Notes under the pieces: generated by a model | Seen by the model: only the letters and a program-made list of their open reading frames with translations | The model's database searches: none | What the model was told of the DNA's origin: nothing | In this document: one piece after another, positions 10,185 to 18,539 of the stretch | Layout of the letters: the number at the start of each line of letters is the position of its first letter | Position numbering within the stretch: the first letter of the stretch is position 1 | Sequence record: DRR723986_5346 | Strand: one strand, 5' to 3' | DNA length: 64,000 bases | Program-made: the position numbers and the translations under genes

Positions 10185-10769
10185 CTAGTTTTCTAACAAG
10201 TCGTTTAAAAAATTGATATTTTTTTCATTATACAGTTTTGCTGCACCAACAGAGCGATAAACCATATTCCAATTTTTGTCAAGGATGGCCAGTGTAGGGT
10301 AGGCATTTACTTTAAAAAAAGTTGGAGTCGTTTGGCTGCAAAATAAAAAATCATAGTCCTCTGTTAATCCAGAATCGTTGATAATATCTATGTTTTCTTC
10401 GGATATGGCTATGAATTTTATTTCAGGATCTACATTTTCTTTGAGCTCTTTAATTTGTGGAAGTTCAGCTCGACAAGAGGAACACCAAGTTGCCCAAAAA
10501 TTGATAACGATAGGTTGGCCAGAGAATTCGTTGAAATCATACATCACACCTTCCATGTCAAAAATCTCCCAATTTCTTTGGTCTTCAGGAAAAGTGCCTA
10601 AGTCATTGACTGTTAACTGTGCTTCATCTAAGAAAAAGCTTTGAAACCAACCTTGAAAACTAACCCGCCATGAAGGAATGATGAGCACCAATACTATGAT
10701 GACGAACAAGATGTTGGTAAAGTATTTCCAAATCCGATTTCGATTTGTCAATTTATCAGATTTCGTCAT
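10185..10769 (-). CDS. membrane-anchored TlpA-family thiol-disulfide oxidoreductase
   Basis: N-terminal TM helix; INFWATWCSSC; YPT cis-Pro motif. Confidence 0.9.
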   Translation of the reverse strand: MTKSDKLTNRNRIWKYFTNILFVIIVLVLIIPSWRVSFQGWFQSFFLDEAQLTVNDLGTFPEDQRNWEIFDMEGVMYDFNEFSGQPIVINFWATWCSSCRAELPQIKELKENVDPEIKFIAISEENIDIINDSGLTEDYDFLFCSQTTPTFFKVNAYPTLAILDKNWNMVYRSVGAAKLYNEKNINFLNDLLEN

Positions 10770-11451
10770 AGGTTTTTAATTCATCCCACAAACTATCAAA
10801 TTCACGTTTAAAGTTCTTTGTTACTTGAGAATTTTCAGTAATTAAGATATTCTCATGATTATATTTTTCTGCGCTTCTTGTCCAATTATAACTACCAGTC
10901 AAAGTCCGTTGCTGGTCAAAAATGGCAAATTTGTGATGCATATGGTTATCGGTGACGTCTACTTTTATGGCTATTCCTGCAGCAGCTAATTTATCTATGT
11001 CTGAGCCCTTATCAAATAATTTGTCGTTATCTGTTATTATTTTGATGTGTACTCCTTGTTGATGTTTTGACATCAGCGCATCACTAATTCGATCATCACT
11101 GATGGTGAAAAGGCAAATTTCAATTTTTTTTGTACTTCGTTTAATTTGGTTCAAAATTGCATTTAAGCATTGCTCTCCAGGAGAGAAGTAAACAGAAACT
11201 TCATCTTTAGGGGAGTCCGATTCAGTAAGTAAGAGTTTATTGGCATCCTCTATCCAGTCAATAATAAATTCGTAGTTATCCATATTGGATGCTGCTCTTG
11301 CCATTTTAAATAACTCACTGCGAAGCAAATCTAATTCTCGCTTGCTGAATTGAGCTTCTTTAATGATAGATTTGATTTCTTTTTTTTCTGATCCAACAAG
11401 AACTAAATCATTAAGAGAGGATGCTAATGAAGCTTTTATTTTTTCGACCAT
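10756..11451 (-). CDS. single-HKD phospholipase D-family protein (Nuc/Zucchini-like nuclease or lipase) with N-terminal helical domain
   Basis: YFSPGEQC, HMHHKFAIFD (HxKxxxxD), TGSYNWT, NHEN; no signal peptide. Confidence 0.88.
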   Translation of the reverse strand: MVEKIKASLASSLNDLVLVGSEKKEIKSIIKEAQFSKRELDLLRSELFKMARAASNMDNYEFIIDWIEDANKLLLTESDSPKDEVSVYFSPGEQCLNAILNQIKRSTKKIEICLFTISDDRISDALMSKHQQGVHIKIITDNDKLFDKGSDIDKLAAAGIAIKVDVTDNHMHHKFAIFDQQRTLTGSYNWTRSAEKYNHENILITENSQVTKNFKREFDSLWDELKTYDEI

Positions 11452-11453
11452 AT

Positions 11454-11789
11454 CTATTTGCTGCGTAAAAGAGTTTCTATTCGAGATACCTTTTTATTGA
11501 GCTCATCAATTTTAACTTCTAGCTCATTAATGGTTTTGGCCTTTGGTATGGGATATTCGAACCGCGCTATTTGATTGACTGTCAATTCTTTTCTAATTAT
11601 AGCGTCAACAGTCAATTTAAAATGATCGGCAACTTTTAACAAAGTCTCTAATTTAGGTTCGGCACGTCCTTCTTCGTAAGAGCCAACACTTGATCTTGTG
11701 ATGCCAAAAAGCTCAGAAAACTCAGTCTGATTCATGCTTTTGAATAACCGAAGCTTCTTGAAATTTTTAGCGATAATAGTTTTTTGCAT
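11454..11789 (-). CDS. XRE-family HTH regulator with C-terminal coiled coil
   Basis: KNFKKLR..MNQTEFSELFGITRSSVGSYEEGRAEPK; heptad tail INELEVKIDELNKKVSRIETLL. Confidence 0.9.
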   Translation of the reverse strand: MQKTIIAKNFKKLRLFKSMNQTEFSELFGITRSSVGSYEEGRAEPKLETLLKVADHFKLTVDAIIRKELTVNQIARFEYPIPKAKTINELEVKIDELNKKVSRIETLLRSK

Positions 11790-11798
11790 GAATAAATA

Positions 11799-11881
11799 CT
11801 AATTTATTTGGTTTTTTACTAAAAAAAATAGTATATTGCTATCGAAATTAGAAAAAACAATTATTAAGCTCATGAAATTAG
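11799..11881. promoter_or_regulatory. four phased CTAA-N5-TTAG-like operator boxes
   Basis: CTAA-TTTAT-TTGG (11799), CTAA-AAAAA-ATAG (11819), CTAT-CGAAA-TTAG (11839), CTCA-TGAAA-TTAG (11869); each has one mismatch. Confidence 0.65.
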
Positions 11882-11962
11882 CAAAAAAAAATGGGATAAT
11901 GAATTGGAGAGATCCTCCATAATTTTTATCTCACTGCGATTAAAATTAAATCGAATAATTTA

Positions 11963-11970
11963 TATATTTG
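11963..11970 (+). promoter_or_regulatory. sigma-A -7 element for the ybjN-like/pspA bicistron
   Basis: TATATTTG matches TAnnTTTG, 29 nt before ATG 12000. Confidence 0.65.
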
Positions 11971-11999
11971 GTTACTAACTACAAAAAATAAAAAAACAC

Positions 12000-12392
12000 A
12001 TGAGTCACTTTGATAAAGTAAGAGACTATTTAATGGAATTGGAATATTCTATTTTAGTTGAGGATAAAGAAAATGAAGTTTTCGTTGTTGAATCGTTGGA
12101 TGATGGAATATCTAATTTAATGATCGGAATAGCTGATCCAATTGTAATAATAGAGCAGTATTTGTTTGACTTAACAGCAAATGTTGGAGATGTTTCAACC
12201 CAGTTGTTAAAAAAGAATAGAGATATCGTAGCCGGTGCCTTCGTAATGGATGATGACGGTAAGAAAATTTTATTTAGAGATACCCTTCAAGTGGAAACGT
12301 TAGACCTTGAAGAATTAGAGGGATCTTTGACTTCTTTAAGCTTATTATTAAGTGAATATACTGATGAAATCATTGGTTTTTCTAAAAACTAA
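12000..12392 (+). CDS. YbjN / CesT-like (T3SS chaperone fold) protein
   Basis: 130 aa, acidic; QLLKKNRDIVAGAFVMDDDG..ILFRDTL..LDLEEL pattern; directly upstream of pspA. Confidence 0.75.
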   Translation: MSHFDKVRDYLMELEYSILVEDKENEVFVVESLDDGISNLMIGIADPIVIIEQYLFDLTANVGDVSTQLLKKNRDIVAGAFVMDDDGKKILFRDTLQVETLDLEELEGSLTSLSLLLSEYTDEIIGFSKN

Positions 12393-12427
12393 TTCATCTA
12401 AATTGATAACATTATAAAATTTAACAA

Positions 12428-13147
12428 ATGAATATATTTAAAAGACTATTTAAAATCGGAAGTGCCGAAGCTAATTCTTTGGTTGACAAATTAGAAGATC
12501 CGATTAAAATGAGCGAACAAGGTATTCGTGATTTGAAAAAAGATCTAAGTGCTGCACTACAAGCGTTGGCGGAAGTAAAAGCTTTAGCAATTAGAGCTAA
12601 AAATGACGGTAATAACTATGCGGCTAAAGCTTCAGAATATGAAAAGAAAGCTGTTTTATTGTTAAAAAGAGCAGAAAAAGGTGAAATCACTCCAGAAGAG
12701 GCTGATAGATTAGCCTCAGAATGCTTGGTTCAGAAAGATTCCAACATGGAGAATGCTGCACGCTGTAGAGCTGATCAAGCTAAATTTGAAGGAAATGTAA
12801 ATAAGCTTGATGGAAATATCAAGAAATTGAAATCTAACATTAAGAAGTTTGAAATGGAGCTGAAAACTTTAAGAGCGCGAGCTAAAGTTTCTGAAGCTAC
12901 CAAGAAAATTAACAAGCAAATGGCTGGAGTTGATTCTACAAGCACAGTGGCTATGTTAGAAAGAATGAAAGAAAAAGTAGATCAAGACGAGGCTTTGGCT
13001 GAATCATATGCTGAGATTGCTGGAGAGAATACTTCAATTGATGATGAAATCGATAGCGCTATTGATTCAGGATCTGCAGAGGTAAAAGCTGCAGACAGCT
13101 TAGCTGCTCTGAAAGCAAAAATGGGCATGGGCTCAGCTTCAGAATAA
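12428..13147 (+). CDS. PspA/IM30 (Vipp1/ESCRT-III superfamily) protein
   Basis: MNIFKRLFKI amphipathic helix, DKLEDPIKMSEQGIRDL, long coiled coils, LERMKEKVDQDEALAE, LAALKAKMG. Confidence 0.93.
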   Translation: MNIFKRLFKIGSAEANSLVDKLEDPIKMSEQGIRDLKKDLSAALQALAEVKALAIRAKNDGNNYAAKASEYEKKAVLLLKRAEKGEITPEEADRLASECLVQKDSNMENAARCRADQAKFEGNVNKLDGNIKKLKSNIKKFEMELKTLRARAKVSEATKKINKQMAGVDSTSTVAMLERMKEKVDQDEALAESYAEIAGENTSIDDEIDSAIDSGSAEVKAADSLAALKAKMGMGSASE

Positions 13148-13170
13148 TTTGAACGAATACAATATACTTT

Positions 13171-13207
13171 GTCCCGTTCCGACCATGTCAGAACGGGACT
13201 TTTTTTT
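13171..13207 (+). terminator. intrinsic terminator after pspA
   Basis: GTCCCGTTC-c-GAC-cat-GTC-a-GAACGGGAC followed by T8. Confidence 0.85.
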
Positions 13208-13212
13208 ACACT

Positions 13213-15009
13213 ATGCAGTTTAAATATCTTATCTCATTAGTTTTTCTTTTGCTCTTTAGGGTCGGGTTTGCGCAAAACTCATCCTCTAAAATCAATGTGG
13301 ACTCCAAGCAATTTAATGAATTTTCTGTTTTCGCGGATAGTCTGAATGAATACGACATTTACTTTACTGGAGAGAATCACAATTTTGCTTCGTTTAACAC
13401 TAAATTAGAGTACAAAATGCTGACCTACCTTTATGCCACACAAGGTGTTAAGCACTTTATTTTTGAACAAAGTCCTGGGGTTGGGTATATCATTGAAGAG
13501 GTAATTGTAAATAATAATAAGGAGAATTTAGATTACTTAAAAGGCGTATTTTTTGATCCTTTTTACTATCTGGTAAAAAGACTGCAAAAATTTAATGACA
13601 CACTTGCTTATGAAGACAAGATTCATATTCATGGAATTGATGTAGAAAGATTTCCTTATTTCTCAATATACGCTTTGAATCAAATAGTAGATACACTTGA
13701 TAAAACTGTTGACGGTGGAGAAGTCTTTGAGCAAATTCAAGGATTAGCAAGTTCTAAATTTAAAGACGCTGGGGCCGCCGCCTTTTATTCTGAAGAAACC
13801 GGGATGAATTTTGCATTTGGAGAGGTAAGCGCGTGGTCAACATTAAAGTCAATCATCTATTCTTCATATAAGTACAGAGATTCACTGGCAACACAATTGG
13901 GAGACAAAGAAGCTATTTATTTTTCAATAATTGAAGGACTTGAAAGAGGTCAAGAATGGTATGCTTCAGAGAAAAAGGGAGATTTGAAATCACCTATTGT
14001 TAGAGAGCGATTCATGTGTGATGAGTTTGAACGAATTTATAAATTCTGGCCAAATTCGAAATACTACGGACAATTCGGCCGTTGTCACCTGCATAAAGAT
14101 CAAAATGCTAAAAGGTGCTATGATTACTATATGAATTCTGTGGCCAATAGGTTGGCAGAAATTGATTCCAGTCTGAAAAACCGAGTATTGGTAATTCCAA
14201 TTTATTATTCTCAAGGAAAGGATAAATGGGATAGAGAGATAATTAACAGTTTAGGACTACCTGAAAAGTATAGCGAACAGCAATCGACTTTTTTAATTGA
14301 TTTGGCTTATAAAAAAGGAGATCATGCCATTTCAGGATTTTATAATGCTTTACCTTTTGTAATTGTCTCAAATGTGAGTGAAGACGCTTATGAAGAATTT
14401 AATTTCAGCTGGGACGAACAAACCACTGAATATCATCTTGGGGCTTCATATGGTCTGCATTATTTCAATGGAATTAGAAATTTAAATTCTCAATTAGCTG
14501 GAGTTGGAAGTAATGGTTTTTCCAATAAAATGGTTGGTTATGACTTCAGTTATGACATGTTTATTTTAGATAGATCTGGAAGTCGTATCAATTTCACTTA
14601 CTATCCAGAAGTGAGTAACGGGGATCGATTCGATTTAAAAGCCTGGAAATTTTCAGGTGGATATTATTTCTCATATGGCAATAAATGGATTATGGGTGCG
14701 CCAGGAATCAATTTGGGGTATGGTAAAGTCTTTTTAACTGAACAAACTGACAATATCGTTCCTAATTTAATCCAGGAAAATGGTCAAAACATAATCATCT
14801 ATTCAAATGATATTTTTACTATAGATCCTAACTTAGAATTTAGGATTACCCTCCCTATAATCAGCTTTAATTTCAGAGCAGGATATGCTTGGGATATATC
14901 CGGTAAACGGTGGAGATTAGATGGTAAAATGGATGATTTTATTAAGTCTGGTTTTTCTTCACCTTATATTCAAGCCGGAATAAGTTTGAACTATAAAGTT
15001 ACGAAGTAG
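13213..15009 (+). CDS. erythromycin-esterase/ChaN-like domain fused to a probable C-terminal outer-membrane beta-barrel
   Basis: Signal peptide; FTGENH, FIFEQSP, HGIDVE, RERFM, GQFGRCH; last ~200 aa have alternating aromatic strands ending QAGISLNY. Confidence 0.55.
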   Translation: MQFKYLISLVFLLLFRVGFAQNSSSKINVDSKQFNEFSVFADSLNEYDIYFTGENHNFASFNTKLEYKMLTYLYATQGVKHFIFEQSPGVGYIIEEVIVNNNKENLDYLKGVFFDPFYYLVKRLQKFNDTLAYEDKIHIHGIDVERFPYFSIYALNQIVDTLDKTVDGGEVFEQIQGLASSKFKDAGAAAFYSEETGMNFAFGEVSAWSTLKSIIYSSYKYRDSLATQLGDKEAIYFSIIEGLERGQEWYASEKKGDLKSPIVRERFMCDEFERIYKFWPNSKYYGQFGRCHLHKDQNAKRCYDYYMNSVANRLAEIDSSLKNRVLVIPIYYSQGKDKWDREIINSLGLPEKYSEQQSTFLIDLAYKKGDHAISGFYNALPFVIVSNVSEDAYEEFNFSWDEQTTEYHLGASYGLHYFNGIRNLNSQLAGVGSNGFSNKMVGYDFSYDMFILDRSGSRINFTYYPEVSNGDRFDLKAWKFSGGYYFSYGNKWIMGAPGINLGYGKVFLTEQTDNIVPNLIQENGQNIIIYSNDIFTIDPNLEFRITLPIISFNFRAGYAWDISGKRWRLDGKMDDFIKSGFSSPYIQAGISLNYKVTK

Positions 15010-15521
15010 TGTCAACCATAAAAACTATAGGAGAAGGACAAACTTATGACTTAATAGCTCATGGGACTTTTGTTATTCTTGTTGGAGTGCCTGTGGGAAT
15101 GCTTAGTTACCACTTTATTGCAGGATTGAGTGTTTTGATTGGTATTTTATTGTTTTTAGTGAGTAGTGGAATACAGGTAGACAAATCTCAAAATCGGATA
15201 AGAAAATATAGATCATTACTTGGGTTTAAATTTGGCGTTTGGAGAACATTGGATGACGTCAAAAAAATAGAGTTGAGGTATTTCATTGAAGGACTTTCGG
15301 GAGCAGATAGTATACTTGCCGCTTCTAATACTTCTCAGGTAAAAGTGTTCGATCTTTATTTTTTGGTTGGTGATCTTGAGGAATTAAAATATCATTCTTT
15401 TACAACGCTTAAACCAGCATTTAGATTTATGAAATATGTTGATGAAAATTTCAAAATTTTGACTGAAAATCAGGTGGTTGAATTCTATCAAAAATCAAGG
15501 AAAAGTTATCATAAAAAATAA
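15009..15521 (+). CDS. hypothetical membrane protein
   Basis: Two N-terminal TM helices; GTG start overlaps the upstream stop. Confidence 0.65.
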   Translation: MSTIKTIGEGQTYDLIAHGTFVILVGVPVGMLSYHFIAGLSVLIGILLFLVSSGIQVDKSQNRIRKYRSLLGFKFGVWRTLDDVKKIELRYFIEGLSGADSILAASNTSQVKVFDLYFLVGDLEELKYHSFTTLKPAFRFMKYVDENFKILTENQVVEFYQKSRKSYHKK

Positions 15522-15597
15522 ACTGTTTAGTCTCAGGTTTTGAAGTCTAGAATAATTGGGTTAAATTCACAGATTAGCTAACTACTCAAATTGCGAA

Positions 15598-18429
15598 ATG
15601 AAACATTTTAAACTCTCTATTTTACTTTTGTTCTTAACTGCATCTTCTCAAGTGTTTTCACAAGCACAACTTTGGGGACCAACCAAAGAAGGTGGTTCAA
15701 CTGCAGCAGGAACAATTTTTTCACTTGATAATGCTGGTAACGGATACAATCTCGAGTACGATTGGACAAGTAGTTTAAATGGTAAAAGACCTTTAGGCGC
15801 TGTTACACAATTTTCAGATGAGATGCTATATGGGGTGACAATATTGGACGGAGCTAACTTGTCTGGTGTGTTGTTTCGTTATAATTACGTAACTGGTCAA
15901 TTCGAGAATTTACATGATTTTCATCCGACATCAGGAAGTTACCCAGAGGCAGCTGTAATTCAGGCTTCGAATGGTATGTTGTATGGAGCTACAAATGATG
16001 GAGGTACAACAAGTGACGGGGTATTGTATCAGTACGATCTCGGAACCGATACATATTCGGTAGTCGAACATTTTGAAATTACAACGTCTGGGAATGAGAC
16101 TCACGGTCGTTTGCTGGACGCGTCAAATAATAAAATTTACGGATTTACAAGTCATGGAGGTGCTAATAATTTCGGGACAATCTATGAGTATGACTATGGT
16201 ACTTCAACTTTTACAGTCACAAATGACTTAGACAGTACTAATACGGGTAAACATCCTTATGGTGGATTTACAGAAGCATCCAATAATAAATTGTACGCAA
16301 TGATTTTTAACGGTGGAACGAATAATGACGGTGTAATTATCGAATATGATTATACAACCAATATTCCAACTAAAGTTCATGACTTTGATGCGTCTACAAC
16401 TGGACAATCTCCATATGGAAATTTAATTGAAGCGAGTAATGGTAAAATGTACGGAATGACTTTCGCTGGTGGAGCCAATAATATGGGGACCATTTTTGAA
16501 TTTATCCCTGCGACTGGAGTAGTTACCAAATTAATTGATTTTGATGGGGTAACAACTGGAGGAAACCCTAGAGGGGATTTATTAGAATCATCAAATGGAA
16601 AACTTTATGGTTATACAACCTTAGGTGGTGCCTCAAATAGAGGTGTTGTGTTTGAATATGATATTGCTTTAAATGCTGTTACAATTAAAATGGACTTTAA
16701 CGGAACGAATGGTCAGTACAACGCCAACTCATTTATTGAAATTTGCGCCAAGCCAACCTTAGACATTAATTTAACAGGCTTAGATACAGTTTGCGATAAC
16801 ACTTTCATAACGTTAAATGCTACTGGAACTGGACCGTCTTATAACTGGAATAACGGAATTACAAATAATACACCTTTTCAACCAGCAGCAGGGTCTGATT
16901 ATTATGTAGTGAGTTCAACGAATGTTTGTGGAACATCTACTGATTCAATTCTAATAGTGTCTTATCCAACATATGATTTCCCTGAGAACGATTCTGTTTG
17001 TAGTGGAGATTCCTATACTTTCCCTGATGGTTCAACTATGCTCAACATAACTTCAAACGTAGTCTATGTGAGTAATTTTCAATCTATTAATTCATGCGAT
17101 AGTAATTACACCACCTCAATTTATGTAAAACCTAAATACAATCTGATGACATCAGATACTGTTTGTAGTGGAGGAAGTTTTACTTTTCCTGATGGATTTG
17201 TGATGACTAACATTACTGGAGCAACTTCTCATACGAGTACTTTTATGACCGTTTTAGGTTGTGATAGTATTATTAATTCAGGGGTTTATGTGCATCCTGT
17301 TTACAACCTTACTGAAAATGATGAGGTGTGTTCAGGGCAAGATTACACTTACCCTGATGGGTTTGTAGAAACGAATATTACTGCAGCAACTTCACATGTT
17401 AGTAATCTCATGACGGTTAAAGGTTGTGATAGTATCATTACAACCAATATTACAGTTAATCCGAATTATAATTTGTCTGATAATGCAGTTGTTTGTTCGG
17501 GTGATAATTATACCTTTCATGATGGTTTTACCGCAATGAATGTAACAGTTGACATGAGTCACACAAGTAATTTGACTTCAACAAAAGGATGCGATAGTAC
17601 AATCGTGACATTCCTTACTGCCCAATCTTCTTACACCTATTCTGAAGCTGTTTTTGTATGTCCAGGAACGAATTACATATTCCCTGATGGATTCACAGTG
17701 AATGATGTTCAAAATGATATCACTCATGTCAGCACAATTACATCTTCTACGGCCTGTGATACCATCATAACAACTGAAGTATTTGTTCATCCAGAATTCA
17801 GTAATACGCTAGTCGATACTATTTGTAAGAATGATTCATACACCTTTGATGATGGTACAGTAATGACTGACATTGTTGCCAATACTAGTCATACCAGTAC
17901 TTATCAAACAGTGAATATGTGTGATAGTTTAATTATTGAAAATATTCACGTGACAGAATTGGATACGTCTGTAGCTGTAACGAATACGAATGTGTTCACT
18001 TCTAATGAAGGAGGAGCTACTTATCAATGGCTTGATTGTGCAAATGGTTATAGCCATATTGCAGGAGCCACAAGTCAACAATACATTGCTCCTGGTAACG
18101 GAAATTATGCACTTCAATTAACCAAAGATGGATGTACCGACACAACCGCTTGTATTGAAATTGCAGGTATAGGATTTGAAGAATATTTAAGTAGTACAGT
18201 TCAAATTTTCCCTAATCCTACCAATGGCAACCTTCAAGTTCAATTCTTACAGAATCTTGAAGATGTAAACGTTGCCGTTATTTCTTTAAGTGGACAAACA
18301 ATAATTCAAAGTTCGGCTAAGAATTCAAACCTTGTTAACTTAGATTTATCTGAATTGAAGAGCTCAGTATACATCCTTCAAATTAGTAGTGGAGAACATA
18401 CCGTCTTTAAAAGGATTACAAAATTGTAG
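15598..18429 (+). CDS. T9SS type A cargo with TIGR03803/GloVer-like tandem repeats and Cys-containing stalk repeats
   Basis: About 7 repeats of P.G.LIEASNGKLYG.T..GG.NN.GTIFEY; about 6 repeats of VCSG.SYTFPDG...CDS; C-terminal IFPNPT...VYILQI...KRITKL. Confidence 0.85.
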   Translation: MKHFKLSILLLFLTASSQVFSQAQLWGPTKEGGSTAAGTIFSLDNAGNGYNLEYDWTSSLNGKRPLGAVTQFSDEMLYGVTILDGANLSGVLFRYNYVTGQFENLHDFHPTSGSYPEAAVIQASNGMLYGATNDGGTTSDGVLYQYDLGTDTYSVVEHFEITTSGNETHGRLLDASNNKIYGFTSHGGANNFGTIYEYDYGTSTFTVTNDLDSTNTGKHPYGGFTEASNNKLYAMIFNGGTNNDGVIIEYDYTTNIPTKVHDFDASTTGQSPYGNLIEASNGKMYGMTFAGGANNMGTIFEFIPATGVVTKLIDFDGVTTGGNPRGDLLESSNGKLYGYTTLGGASNRGVVFEYDIALNAVTIKMDFNGTNGQYNANSFIEICAKPTLDINLTGLDTVCDNTFITLNATGTGPSYNWNNGITNNTPFQPAAGSDYYVVSSTNVCGTSTDSILIVSYPTYDFPENDSVCSGDSYTFPDGSTMLNITSNVVYVSNFQSINSCDSNYTTSIYVKPKYNLMTSDTVCSGGSFTFPDGFVMTNITGATSHTSTFMTVLGCDSIINSGVYVHPVYNLTENDEVCSGQDYTYPDGFVETNITAATSHVSNLMTVKGCDSIITTNITVNPNYNLSDNAVVCSGDNYTFHDGFTAMNVTVDMSHTSNLTSTKGCDSTIVTFLTAQSSYTYSEAVFVCPGTNYIFPDGFTVNDVQNDITHVSTITSSTACDTIITTEVFVHPEFSNTLVDTICKNDSYTFDDGTVMTDIVANTSHTSTYQTVNMCDSLIIENIHVTELDTSVAVTNTNVFTSNEGGATYQWLDCANGYSHIAGATSQQYIAPGNGNYALQLTKDGCTDTTACIEIAGIGFEEYLSSTVQIFPNPTNGNLQVQFLQNLEDVNVAVISLSGQTIIQSSAKNSNLVNLDLSELKSSVYILQISSGEHTVFKRITKL

Positions 18430-18539
18430 AACCTATTGTATTGCTATTCATTTTTGACAGTGTATAACTATTGAAAAAAATAGATTATCCGCTTCAAAAA
18501 TCTGCTAATTTTGATAATTAAAATAATTGTGCTCGTAGC

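Noticed and set aside
7962-11789. One five-gene XRE-controlled operon running through to the K+ channel
   Set aside because: The spacing allows it, but the exonuclease has its own -7 box and I saw no CTAA-N5-TTAG box there; unsupported beyond PLD/TlpA.
10756-13147. Prophage or mobile island
   Set aside because: No integrase, att-like repeats, structural genes or evident compositional shift.
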